Source of the DNA: Octopus sinensis
Lineage: Eukaryota
Assembly (NCBI RefSeq): GCF_006345805.1
Contig: NC_043000.1
Location: forward strand, 24,242,001-24,306,000
Direction: 5' to 3'
Length of the DNA stretch: 64,000 bases
Notes under the pieces: model-generated
What the model was told of the DNA's origin: nothing
Database searches by the model: none
The model's input: only the letters and a program-made list of their open reading frames with translations
Position numbers and translations under genes: made by a program
Part shown: positions 25,524 to 38,443 of the stretch, piece by piece
Position numbering within the stretch: position 1 is the first letter of the stretch
How the letters are laid out: each line of letters begins with the position of its first letter

Positions 25524-27586
25524 GGTATTGCTACAAAACAAAATCCAGATGGATTGCTACAAAACATTTAGTTTCATCCATCCATAGTTTGAGTTCTTAC
25601 CTTGCTGGAGGGGGGAGGACTATTTCATATTTTATCTTTGAGGAATTGATAAAATAAGTAAACCCAGCCAAATATTTGTTTCCATGCCTAGGTAGGAACT
25701 TATTGTTACTGCGAAGCCCCAGGCCAGTCCTAGACTAAGCTTGCCTAAAATGAAAGACATTGCAGTTATTTTTTAAAGATGGTTGGGTATGATTTAAGGG
25801 AGGTTTGACTGCTTTTTCTAGCAGGTCAAATGACTGCTTAAAGAGTTCCTCATTTAAAAAAAAAACTTTTTTATTAAAAGATATATCTTCTTGAGCTTCC
25901 CATTCATACAAGTTAATTGGTAGTAAAATGAACAGTAAATTTAAAGAAACTAGGGATAATCTGCATCATAAGTAAATATAATATATACTGACTTTGTACC
26001 TATGTCAGAAGTTATCAACCAAGCTAAGACAATGTATGTTATAGCCACAGGTCATACACAATATTTATACAAAAACCATATTTTGGTTGTTGCATGGCAT
26101 TCAATTTATTCTAAGTTAAATTGAAAAATGACACGTTTATTCCTTTACTTGCATGCCTAAACAATAACAAACATCTATCAAACCAGAAAAACTGTCTCCA
26201 CTATTCCTTTCTCTAACCCTTACTGCTGTTTCCACCTAATGCTCTTTGCCACTAACATTGTAAATATATCCACTACGTTCAGGAATGAAGATCATTACCA
26301 TAAATGTCTCCTAAAGATAAGACAATGAGGGAGCCTTTGCATAGTTGTTAGAAATAACAGTCAAGTGCTCCCCAAATCACATCTTCCTATTTTAAAAATA
26401 GGAAGGACACATTGGATAGTGTAGTCTTTAAAATATTCTAAAAAGAAAAAAAAAAGTGGCCATCCTCCTGTTTTAAGGATTCATTAGATAAGCACAATCT
26501 TATAAATATGTGCTTTTGATCACAGTGCTGCTGAACCAGACCTGACCTTGGGCTAAACAATCACCACCATCACTGTCAGACAATGTGGTAGTATTTATAA
26601 AAAAGGCAAACATGACCTATTTTAAGATTAAAGACAAAAACTATAATGCTCCCTTCTCATGGATATTTTTGACTTTATGGGGGGTCAAATTTGTTACAGA
26701 GATTGGTACTAATTTGTCTGCACTGATAATATTTGGAAATCTTGTGCCTAAAGTAGAAAAGAATATTTGGAAGTCTTATATTCTTAGCTTTACAGCTGAA
26801 ACAACATAATGGAGGAGCCTAGTACATAGGCACTAACAATATAGCTTCACACATTGCCTGAGATTTTACAGCCCACAGTAAAGTACTTTTATCATATTTG
26901 GTATGAATCAATGGACCGATTCATTGTTGGAGGACTATGTTTTTTTTTAAACTTCCACACAAATTACTATTATGATAAAAAGCAGAAATACTCGACAGCC
27001 AAATGTTATCACATTCTTCCCTCCTTTAGTATCATTTACCCCAGTCTGTTTCTTCTTCCTCTTCCACCTCAACCTATCCTGCTGTTTGTTTCTTATATCA
27101 TCAAGTTCAAAGCGTTAATGGAAATTCAATCATCTTCTCTGTCTCTCTCTTTCTTTCCTCTATCATACACACATATACAGACAAGAGGCAGCTTTAAGCC
27201 CTTTCTTTTTTCTCTTATGCAGGCTGTCACTCTTCCAGTCTCATGTTTGCTACCTCTGTTTTCTTCCTTGTCACAACATTAGTTACCTAACTCTAGTGTG
27301 TATTGAGCACTCACATAAAAATATATGAATGTTTTAATCATAAATATATGAAATGATCCATGCTCTTTCAAAATTCAATCTGACTGCAGTCTGAAATTTA
27401 ATATAAATAACATAAAAATACTAAGAACACAGCACTGAAATTTAAATAAAAGTAATAAATACATACACACAAAGTATTTTTAGACTGGAAGCTGTCAAGA
27501 TTCTTTTCCAAAACCGCTTTTATGAAAAAACAAAAGGAATTAAAAGAAAGCCTCTAATTATAAAGTAATTATAATTATGAACTTAC

Positions 27587-27656
27587 TTGGTGATTTTGAA
27601 TTCGAGGTGGTCTGCTCATATCTTTTGGACGCTCAGCATGTTGTGTTGTGCTGTAC
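27587..27656 (-). CDS. MAGI: MAGI exon F: linker
   Basis: Acceptor attttctccag|G and donor CAA|gtaagt; 70 nt, phase 2 to 0. Translates (R)YSTTQHAERPKDMSRPPRIQNHQ; phases fit both neighbours. Confidence 0.82.
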
Positions 27657-28261
27657 CTGGAGAAAATTAAACAATGGAAGATTTCAAAATTGTTGTATTG
27701 TCATCATCATCATCATTGTTTAACGTCCGTTTTCCGTGCTAGCATGGGTTGGACGGTTCTACCGGGGTTTGGGAAGCCAGGAGGCTGCACCAGGCTCCAG
27801 TCTGATCTGGCAGTGTTTCTACACTGGATGCCCTTCCTAATGCCAACCACTCCATGAGTGTAGTGGGTGCTTTTTATGTGCCACCGGCACAGAGGAGCTT
27901 ACCACCTTCACATTTGTCATTTTTGTCTAAGCTTTTCTATCTTTCCCATACCATCTCAATCTTTCTCTCAATCATTTTCTCTCAACTTTCTCTGGCTATT
28001 CTCCTCATCTCCTGTTCATTTCTCTGTTCACTCATCTTTGTATTTCTATCTCTCCGTTTCCATCTTTATCTTTATTTTTATCTTCTTGTGATGTAGATGA
28101 ACTCAGGGCAATCTACTAATTAATCATCTCTCTCTCTCTCCCTTAATATTTCTTTCACACTCTTATTATGATCACTCACATTTATTGATAGAATAATTCC
28201 TTGTAATCTAAGAAAACAAACCTTTAAATCGACGAAGGTTTAAAAAAAGCACACACATCTA

Positions 28262-28424
28262 CTGTATTTTAGCATGTATAAGGAACCCTTTTTTGTCAAA
28301 AATTAGGTTAAAAAAATATGGGAGTTTCTTATACATGGATAGTATTATAATCCCTTACAAAACCTTTTTTTCCAAATTTTAAGCCTCCAAAATTAAGGGG
28401 TTCCTTATACAGGTTAAAATACAG
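28262..28424. mobile_element. Tc1/mariner (Tc2/pogo-like) MITE
   Basis: Ends TA|CTGTATTTTAGCATGTATAAGGAACC and GGTTCCTTATACAGGTTAAAATACAG|TA; TA TSD. Confidence 0.85.
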
Positions 28425-28795
28425 TATGTAACATCTCTTGGTAATTATAGTAATGCTCATATATAAATCTATCATATGAGCGTGACCGTTGCCAGTACTG
28501 CCTGACTGGCCCTCGTGCCAGTGGCACGTAAAAGCACCCACTACACTCTCACAGTGGTTGGTGTTAGGAAGAGCATCCAACTGTAGAAACACTGCCAGAT
28601 CAGATTGGAGCCTGGTGCAGCCATCTGGTTTGCCAGTCCTCAGTCAAATCGTTCAACCCATGCTAGCATGGAAAGTGGATGTTTTCATTATCGTTTATAA
28701 TGATGATGATTTTATTAGTGATATATAAATGAACTTTGAATTATTGACAGGAAATTACAGAGACACAGAAATAATACAGGGAATTGCTAACTTAC

Positions 28796-28902
28796 CGTTC
28801 ATTTGTTGGTTGATGGTAAGGAGAATGGTCAGATCTGTGTGAGATGTCACTCTCACTGATTGCAGGATATGCCATTGCATTTATCATTGAACCAGCAGAA
28901 CT
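28796..28902 (-). CDS. MAGI: MAGI exon E: linker
   Basis: Acceptor ttgttactttag|AGT and donor AACG|gtaagt; 107 nt, phase 0 to 2. Translates SSAGSMINAMAYPAISESDISHRSDHSPYHQPTNE(R). Confidence 0.8.
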
Positions 28903-29768
28903 CTAAAGTAACAAAATAAATAAATAATTAGGTATTGGTCCATGAGTGATTTGTGGAAAGAAAACATCTCAAGAGAAAGGCAGAGAAAAAGTAATTTGTT
29001 TGGTAAAAGATTACAAAACACATCTTAAATTAGTGCCAAAGTTTAACAAGAACAAAAATAAATTGGCAAAAAAGTCTTTGAAAATGGTACTATGATATTT
29101 ATGACTTCCTAAGATAACTGAGAGGAGAACAAAAAAATTTACTTTGGAAGTTTTCTTTGAAAAGAGACTTTAAAATCTCATTTCGTCAGATCTATTAACT
29201 TAGAACTAATAAAGATATTTACAAAGAACAGAACAATAGCATGTATATTTTATCAACAATATACTTAATGATAGAATAAAGAAATGTGATATGGAGTGGG
29301 AGCAGACTTTAGTATTCAGCTACAACACTTTACGTTCTGAGTTCAAATTTCACTGAAGTTAACTTGAGTTTTTATTATTTTAATGTTAATAAAATAATAC
29401 CAGTAATATCCTAGGAATCAATTATACTTCTTAAATTCCTCTTATAACTTTCTGTCCTTATACCCATGTAAGGAGTAATCAATGAGTATATAAAACTGAG
29501 AAGAATTTATTTCTGCAGGATTAGAAGAACAAGGCATTAAACTGTTTTGGCCATTGTTATCCTTGATTTGCTCAAATCATTATCTTGTTTCACAATAATT
29601 CATTGCATCTCTTTTCAACTCCATAGAAACTTCCATCAATGAGTAGAAAGAGGTTTTGGCCTGTGTGTTTTATCATAATTCTTGACAGGTACTTTAAGTA
29701 GTACCAGAATTTTAGAGAAAAGGGAGAGGGTGAGAGTGGGGAATGGAGAAGTATTGAATTTAACATAC

Positions 29769-29803
29769 CCGCTGTGATGTGGATGTTGTACTGGAAGCAT
29801 CAT
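29769..29803 (-). CDS. MAGI: MAGI exon D: 35-nt micro-exon
   Basis: Acceptor ttttccctcgttacag|AT and donor CGG|gtatgt. Translates (D)DASSTTSTSQR. It is the only candidate I found that bridges the phase-1 end of exon C to the phase-0 start of exon E. Confidence 0.8.
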
Positions 29804-31030
29804 CTGTAACGAGGGAAAACAAAATGAAGGGAATTTTTTTTTAAACAAAAGATATTGTTAATAGAGAATATTTACTGAAATACAGTGAATATTATCTAGT
29901 AAATACTAATTAATCTCAAGTTTTACTCAGAACAAAGTTGAGAAAAGAAAGAAAAGAACATATACAGATTGATATAAACAGTGAGTATATAACAGAAAAC
30001 AGAGACTATTTGACAAAATAGAATAAGAGAGTTCGTTAGATGTTGGGCGAAGGAGAAGTGGAAATATTTAATAAAATACTATTTGATTAATTAGGCAAAA
30101 TACAATTTGATGATTATATCAACATGCTCCAGCATATACATACATTTATATGTATATGAGTATTTGAAATTAAGCAAGAGAGAGAAATACAAAATGCATG
30201 CTACATAGATATTCCAATCAATAGTCTAGCTAACTAATTACTGAAGTGTATTTATAACCAACAAAGTACAAAAAGTAAGACTTAGGTTGTGGCAAATACA
30301 TACAATGGGATCATTTTGGTTTCAGTCAACCCAATCCACTCACAAGCTTTTGAATGGGTCAAGGTGCCATACAATGGGACTGAGCCCAAAACCATGTGAT
30401 TGAGAAGTAAACTTCTCATCCATAAAGCCATACCTGTGCCTATGTGTGTGTGTGTATGTGTATATAAAGATTTTGTAAAAGAAGCAATTTAGTCATATTT
30501 CTTCTCTAATTGCAGGTAAGACATTTTTTTCAACATAAAACGAGGAATATTTTATGAGTCTAATGCTTTTTTAGTCTTTATAAACACATGCATGTTTAAT
30601 GTTAAATGTTCTTAGATTAAGTGAAGTTCAAATTATGCAATGTTATTGATACTGTCAATAATTGCATTAGGCTAATTTAAAATTTTCCTGATTAAAAAAG
30701 TAAAAAAAATCTATTCAGATATATTTTGATACATATTTGATTAAATAAATGGAAATAATGCTTAATCATTAGTTTTTGTTAAGTCACTGTACATCCAGCT
30801 GATGGTCAGATTCATAAATTTATTGAGAGCTAAACAGATAAATAAAAATATACGAGGTGGTTGAAATGTATAAATGATGAAAAAGGAGAACAATATAAAA
30901 ATAGGAAAAGACATTTTCAACCAATAATAGCTAGTGAACTACAGCTAATGTTGCAACAGTTGCATTTACTGGTTGAAGTCAGTTAAAAGCATAGACTTCT
31001 TTTCATGAAATCTCTTGTCAAAGAGATCTG

Positions 31031-31355
31031 TCTAACACCTGTGGACATGTTTACAAAGGCAGAAAACAGCACAGCTCCCATGACTTTCGGAAACATTTTT
31101 TCATGCTAAGAGTTGCTGAAGCATGGAACAAACTGCCGGCATCAGTTGTTAGTTGTCGGAGCACTGCGTCCTTCAAAACTTCCATGCTTCCTGAGATTCA
31201 CCAACACTACACCTAATTTTCTCCCCTCCATACACACGCAAGCATGGATTTGACTCATACACTGTTCACTTCCCAGACATTTGTACATTATCGCATATAC
31301 TTTAATCGCACTTTTTGACAAGTTGTGGTGCACCTGAGCACTGTATACAATAATT

Positions 31356-31394
<39 letters not shown>

Positions 31395-31395
31395 T
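31031..31395 (+). mobile_element. CR1/L2-type LINE 3' end
   Basis: Translates SNTCGHVYKGRKQHSSHDFRKHFFMLRVAEAWNKLPASVV...* (R.HFF..RV...WN.LP motif), followed by a 3' UTR and an (ATT)n tail. Confidence 0.85.
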
Positions 31396-32474
31396 ATAAA
31401 TATTTGGCCTTTGGAAAAGGGGTTAAAATTAGATTATTGAGTGAACAGGTTTCTTTACATTTAAAAAACAAAAATAATGCAAAAATTTTTTTTATACATT
31501 TGTCACCCCATTTTATATATATTTATTCATTAGCCTTTATCTATTGACTTAGTCTCTATTCTAGAGAGGAAACGTGTTATTTGTTCAGTTGTAGGTAGCT
31601 TTTAACTAAGAAGTAGCAATTATTATCAAGTTTCATTTCAGAGCTTCGTATCCTAGCAACTATGATATTGTCTTTGCTCGCAGAGTACAGCAAATTAGTG
31701 ACAGGGTTAATAATACATGTAAACCAATATGCAGTGTTGAATGGTACGGGGAATCCCATGAGACATCATAGATGAAGATCCTGTAAACAATCTTGTAACT
31801 AAAATCAAATCTTGTTCAAGCATGCAAACGAGTTTAAAGAAACATGCAGTAGACTAGTTTATAATTTCAGCGTAAGTAAGTCTTTGAGAAGCAACCTGCA
31901 AGGCAGAGAAGCCATGAGGCTAATAACGTATCAAGTTTTCTTACATAAAATAAAACAAACTGGTTTATTAGACATATCACTTTTCTGGAAATGGTAGAAA
32001 ATATTTGATATATAATTTGAGAATTAACCATATTTCCAATGTTAAGAAATGATGAAAGGCAAGAGGTTATTAATGAAAATCATTTAGTACTACTAATGAC
32101 AAACATTAAAAGAACACCAATTCTTTGGAAATGGAGAGGTGAGGGTGATGAGAGATTTACAGAAGAATGATAATAGAAGGTTCCTTGGTTCATTGATTGT
32201 TGAGATGGTTGCACACAAAAGAATCAAATTGTTAGAAGTTTAAACAAGTCTAAAAGAGAATATCGTATTAGAAATTGAAAAGAAAATGAAGAATTTTCCA
32301 AGAAGAAAACAAACCTTGACTCACTAAAGTTAAGACACAGCTGAAGGGGATTTTAAGATGGACAATAAAATTGTAGATGAAAGATTATTAACTAAAACAA
32401 TTATGACGTGAAATACACATTTTAGTCTCCCAAAACACATAAAGCTGTTAACTTCACTTAAACATTTATTTGAT

Positions 32475-32515
32475 GTCAAAATTTTCCTCACACCAACTGT
32501 AACCTGGTCACTGAA
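32475..32515 (-). ncRNA. Third, more decayed copy of the G3-C8 hammerhead-like motif
   Basis: UUCA-GUGACCA-G-GUUAC...GUGAG-GAAAAUUUUGAC, followed by the same downstream sequence (aaataaatgtttaagtgaagtt) as the other copies. Confidence 0.4.
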
Positions 32516-33003
32516 GTGGTCCTGTAGAATCTGGTTTGTGGCAAGGTTGTTGGTCAGCATATATAAGTTTCAGAGTTAGAAATGTTTTTCATCTATATAT
32601 GAAAGACTTATGCAATAACACCAAATAATAAATGTTGAAGTGAAGTTAACAGCTATGATGTGTTTTTAAATGGCTAATGTGTTTTTTTTATGCTGTGATT
32701 ATTTTAGTTTCAGCACAATCTCAGATCAAATCTTCTGCCTGGTGAGGGATCACCAGGCGAGTGATCACATGAGATCACCAATTAACCTTACTGGAAATTA
32801 TAGGATTACTGACTTCATCTGTCTTGTACAGTATGTTGTTTCCAAATTTCTGACAGAGTGAATTGTGTCATGGTGTTGTTTTTCTCACAGACAGTGCCCA
32901 ACTGACCCTACTATACTGTGTAGTGACAAAATCAAAAACAAACATCATGCATGCATGCATGAAATTAAGAATATAAAATGGCGACAATTTACCCATCGCA
33001 CCC

Positions 33004-33037
<34 letters not shown>

Positions 33038-33177
33038 CAGATATATACTTGCATAGCAAGTGTTCTGATCTGAGATTGTGTGCTGAAATTAAAGTGATTG
33101 CTGTGTGGAAAACACAAGTTAGCCAGTCAGAAACACATAAAGTCCATTAACTTCACTAAACATTTATTTGTGAAATA

Positions 33178-33223
33178 GTCTAAAAATTTTCATTGCTGAA
33201 AACTGCGATCTGTTCACTGCCAA
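33178..33223 (-). ncRNA. Hammerhead-like motif of the G3-C8 family (core intact, stems eroded)
   Basis: GGCA-GUGAACA-G-AUCGC(AGUUUUCA)GCAAU-GAA-AA(UU)UU-U|AGAC, within a repeat (about 33045-33240) homologous to about 60105-60295. Confidence 0.5.
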
Positions 33224-33319
33224 AATACTGTGCCTGTATGCTTATACTCCTCTCACATACACACCTTGTGATAGGAGTGAAAACATAGGTCAGCAAGGTT
33301 AATAACAGCCTAGAAATAT

Positions 33320-33662
33320 GAGTGTATATGCTGAGACTCCGTTTGGTCATAAATGACCATGGAATTGTACCGAGAAAGTTACCCTCCCAGACACAAGTCC
33401 AGGCAAGGTTGTTTGTTTATGGAAGACCAGCAGTTGCCCATGCATACCGGCCTCCCCTCTCCATGCCAGCAGTTTTATCTAAGGGAATGGTAAAGGAGCT
33501 GATACAGCTTGGTGCCAGTGACATTGCAACTCATTTCTACGTCTGAGTGAACTAGAGCAATGTGAAATAAAGTGGCTTGCTCAAGAACACAACATGCAGC
33601 CCAGTCCTGGATTCGAACTCACAACCTCACGATCGTAAGCTCAACGCTCTAACCACTGAGCA
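33320..33662 (-). repeat. Family D: tRNA-derived SINE. Related copies at about 16770-17030(+) and 17325-17565(-)
   Basis: Head GCTCAGTGGTTAGAGCGTTGAGCTTACGATCGTGAGGTTGTGAGTTCGAATCC (A and B boxes) runs into a repeat body shared with the other copies. Confidence 0.75.
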
Positions 33663-34519
33663 TATATAAGTGTATGTATGTGTGTGTGTGTAGAAATGAA
33701 GAAACTGTATCAATTACAATGTAGTTTAGATAAAAGCAAGAAAGATGAAGCTGATAGATAAATCATATATAACATTTCATCCGCCATTGGACTTGTTAGT
33801 GGTTTGGTGAAATCCTATTACTGCAGTAATAACTCATGTCAGAATATAGACATACAATAATTGATCTTTGCTGGAAAATTAAACAGATGGGAACAAACAA
33901 ATAATAGAAGTTTTCTTTAGAACTTGTGGTTTCAGGTTCAGTTCCATCATGTGGCACTTTGGGCAAGTGTCTTCTATTATAGCTCTGGGTTGACCAATGG
34001 CTTGTGAGGGAATTTGGTAGATGGAAACTGTGCGGAAGCTTGCCAGGTGTGTGTGTGTGTGTAGGCTTGTGTTTGTCTTGGTTTGTTTAAGTTGCTGTAA
34101 CTTAGCAACCTGTCAAAACGACTGATGGAGTAAATGGCAAATTTAAAATAAGTACCGGAGTTGGTTTGATCAATCAAACCCTTCCAATGCAGTGCTCCAG
34201 CATGGCCACAATCCAATGACTTGAAACAAGAAAAAGAATAGACTAAAAGAATATATATATTTGAAAGGTTTAGTTGATTAAGTCAACCCTTATACATATT
34301 TGAAGTTTGGTACTCATTCCATCATTCTCTTTTTGATGAGCCACTAGGTCACAACAATGTAAGCAAACCAAAACGTACCTGCATACACACACACATGGAA
34401 AGCTTCCTAGCAGTTTCCATCGACCAAATTCACTCAAGGCTTTGGTTGACTCAGAGCTATATAATAAGAAACAGTTGCCAAAAGTGCCGTATGGTAGGAC
34501 TAAACATGAAACTATGATA

Positions 34520-34570
<51 letters not shown>

Positions 34571-35670
34571 TTTGTGATTATGAGTGCACCCAACCTCATG
34601 TGTGCGTATGCTCACATTTTTGCGGATGCTTGTATGAGCAAGTGTATTTGCACCATGCAGTTTGCTTGAGGGTGTTTATATATTCCATATCTGTTAACAG
34701 TTATTTTTAATACTTTTCTCACTGGATTGCGTGTTCATTTCTCCTTTTGTCATCTGTGATTTTATTTTTGATCTTTGATATAAATGAAGATATTCCCTCC
34801 ATCTGGCTGTTTTTCTTTCTACAAAATGCAAAGTTACATTGCAGAACAGTCATTTTAACGAGTCGTATTTATTTATCACCCGACGAGATACATCTGCACC
34901 ACCGGATGCTCCTGAACCAGTTGTTGAGTGTCCCACCCAAGAGGAATTGATGCTAGATGTTTCAAAAGAATTGTCATGATTAACAATGAATTCTTGTATA
35001 TTCCAACTTCTGTCTTCCATTTGCTATATATATATATATCTATATATATATAGCAATATGCCCTATATCTATACAAGCTTAGTATACAATATATCTATAT
35101 ATGCTAGTATATAGTATATTTCTCTCATTAATTTTCCATATAAATGTGACAGATTAATGGACAGTAAGGTTATAAAAAGAAATGATTTAAGGAAACTGCT
35201 GACTAAAGGACTTTTAAATTTTACCAACTTTTCAGTGATATCATAGGAAATATGTCAAAACAAACAAAATATGCTAATGGAATAGTAAGCTACAAAAATA
35301 AAACAAAAAAAAAACAAGAACAAAACAACAATAATCACAAAAGAGAAGCCAAGATTCCATAGCAAATGAACAAACATCTCATATGTGAAAAATGAGTTGT
35401 TAGCGAAATATCAAAATACATGCTAAAAGGAATTTTCACGATTCTACTCATAAATAGCAGAGAATCATGGTTTAAATTTATCACTTGTGTTTTATAACAC
35501 TAGAATATCCAAACCATATAACAGATATGTTTTCTTCAGAGTCAAATATGAAATGTTCTGAAAAATGACATTCCTGTAGTTTTAATTAGTTTAGCAATGT
35601 AAAAGTTAGTAACGAGTACTTTGACATGCATGCATGTGAGTGCGTGTATGTATATGCGCATTATATATAT

Positions 35671-35741
<71 letters not shown>

Positions 35742-36840
35742 ATATATTTTTATCTTTTAGTTGTTTCAGCCATTAGCCCATGCTGGGGCACTGCCATGAA
35801 AATTTTTCTTTGTTTTTTTTTAAAGCCTGATACTTCTATCGGTGTCTGTTGCTGAACCACTAAGTTATGAGGATGTAAACAAACTAACACCGATTCTCAA
35901 ATGGTGAAGTGGGTGGGGACAAACACAGACACAAAGACAAACGCACACACACACACACAATGGCCTTCTTTCAGTTTTTGTCGACCAAATCCACTCAGAA
36001 GGCTTTGGTCAACCTGAGCCTATAGTAGAAGACACTTGCCCACAGTGTCACACAGTGGGATTGAACCCAGAACCATGTGGTTGTGAAGCAAGCTTCTTCA
36101 CCACACAGCTATATACATATATGACACTGTTCTCAGCTGAAGCTGAAAGCTACATCACAGAGCTCCTCTGTGTGTGTGTGTGTAAGAGAAGGAAGAAGGT
36201 GAATATATCAATATAGCATAAGTTTAATATTGGTTACAATAGTTTCTGTACCATTCAACTTTGAACATCATTACTCATAAATGACTACATGTGATAATTT
36301 ATACAATATCTGTATAAATTTACTCATGGAGTGGCACCTTCTCAGACACCAATCATATTTTGCTATCATACATAATAAGGAAAAAAAGTGTGTGTGTACT
36401 ATTATCATTATTTTAATGTTCACTTTCTCATGTCTGTATGGGACAGGCCAAACTTGTTGAGGCAGGTTTTTCTATTGCCTGATGCTCTTCTTGTGGCCAA
36501 CTCTCATCCATTTTCTAGCAAGGCAATATACTTCATAGATCTTCAAACATGAATAGCTCAACTGCCAGATATGATATCAAAGAAGATTGCAGGCAAATAA
36601 TGATTTTTGTATGAATGGTAACTTTGTTTAGAATAAGTGTGCCGTATGGGGGCTGGCATGTCAAAGAATAGACCCCTTTCTCTACATGTCATAAAAGGTA
36701 ACTTAAAGAGGTTGAGGTAGGATTTGTACTCCAGCCTTGTAAAACCCTCACCAGTAATGACTACCTAAACAGACCCATGGGTTGGTGGGTTGTCACCTGA
36801 GTGGTGGAAAGGTGTCATCTGCCATGAGTTGTAGGGAATC

Positions 36841-37059
36841 TTCTTGATCTTGAGACAGGATTCACCCAGGGTGGGTTGAACTGGTTTCATTCATCCTCAA
36901 TGCTGCGTCTCTCACAAACGCTGACCAGACCTGGCAATTTGAGGCTAACGACCGCATGATCTCCAACCACTCCCTATTCCAGCGGCGAACACCGTAGATA
37001 TGGGGGCCTAGGTTGGGTTTTTCATTGTCCACCACATCGCTTTCGCCAACCCTGAAGGG
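36841..37059 (-). mobile_element. 5'-truncated RTE-like LINE with 15-bp target-site duplication
   Basis: GAGTTGTAGGGAATC occurs at 36826-36840 and 37060-37074. The insert encodes ...GPHIYGVRRWNREWLEIMRSLASNCQVWSAFVRDAALRMNETSSTHPG* (RTE-type C-terminus) and ends in a CAAGAT-like tail. Confidence 0.8.
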
Positions 37060-37686
37060 GAGTTGTAGGGAATCACCAATAAATGATGGATGTAGCAATG
37101 CACTGTTACAATGCATGGACCCGCCCATAAGAAAAGAGAGAAGAGTGTACAGCAAATGTCAAAGACACATATGCTGGGTTTCTTTCAGTTTCCTCCACCA
37201 AATTCACTCAAGACACTTGCCCTTGGTGCCACATTGTAGGACCAAACTTGAAACAACATGGTTGTGAATTGAAGATTTTAACATCACAACCATGCCCTTA
37301 TTTAAATTTACAAATAGAAGAAGAAGTACTCAATTCATACAGTGGAGTATATTTATTAAAAACTGATTCTTCCTCCATCAATGCTCATCAAGAGTAATGA
37401 TGGAAGGAAGTTTCCAATTTCCCTCATCTAGGCAACTGAATAAAATACTTTAAATAGACAATTTATTTCACATTGAACTAGTGTGTGTGTGAGTGTGTGT
37501 GTAAACACAAATGTGTGTGCATATGAAAATGAGTGAGGGAGGGAGGGAGGAAGTATGAGAGGGGGAGAGCATGAGAAAAAGATTGTGCAAGGAATAAGAA
37601 CGAGGGTGTGAAAGCAAATGAATTTTGTGTACTTATGTGTGGGTGGGAGAATTAAGTATGTAAGGGTGAATGTAAAGGGGAGTGTT

Positions 37687-37723
<37 letters not shown>

Positions 37724-38112
37724 ATGTGTGTGTGTGTGAAAGAAAGAGAGAGTCAGTGAGTTAGTGTCTGTGCATATGTATCAGAGAAAGTTTGAGAAAG
37801 AGTTTGTATGCATATGTGAGTGAGTTAGTGTATGTGTGAGTATGTGTGTGTGTGAGTGCATGTGTCTGCATACACAGAATAATATTGTTCAAATTGAAAC
37901 ATTCCAATGAAGCAAGAAGTTATTTTGGCAAAGAAGACACATGCAAGACGAAAGTCTTTTGTTTTAATGCCAAGAAAGTCAGTTTTTTACATCATCATCA
38001 TCATCATTGCCATCATCTTAAAATTAGTTTGCAATATGACGTTAGCTCAGCCACAAGAGAATTATATATACATACATATATATATATACATACATACATA
38101 CATATATATATT

Positions 38113-38148
<36 letters not shown>

Positions 38149-38335
38149 GCAAGAGTGTGTTTGTAGTTTGTGCATCATTCTAATGGAGACAGCCAAAGAG
38201 CCAGAAGTTATGCTGTTGTTATTATCATTATTGTTATTATTAGAGGGACAACTAGTGATCCCTAAGAATATTCTGAACTTTATATTTGAAAGGAATAAAA
38301 AAAAAACTGGGAAAAAAATCAAAAACAACGTGTAC

Positions 38336-38443
38336 CCTTTGAGGTTTGAATTTCTCCGTTTTGTTGGGTAGGGCTAGCACCTGAAGTCTTTTGGTCATTA
38401 TTAGTGTTTTGTTTGCTGTCTTCAGTAGTAACGGGGTTGGTGC
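38336..38443 (-). CDS. MAGI: Candidate frame-preserving cassette exon in the PDZ4-PDZ5 linker
   Basis: Long pyrimidine tract then tttttcatcag|GC. The phase-1 frame is open: (G)TNPVTTEDSKQNTNNDQKTSGASPTQQNGEIQTSK. Two phase-1 donors are possible: TCAG|gtgcta (exon 38381-38443, 63 nt) or AAGG|gtacac (108 nt). The exon is not needed to keep the frame. Confidence 0.5.

Noticed and set aside
33598-33662. tRNA genes here and at 48838-48905
   Set aside because: Only A/B boxes and a partial cloverleaf are present, running into repeat bodies; these are SINE heads.
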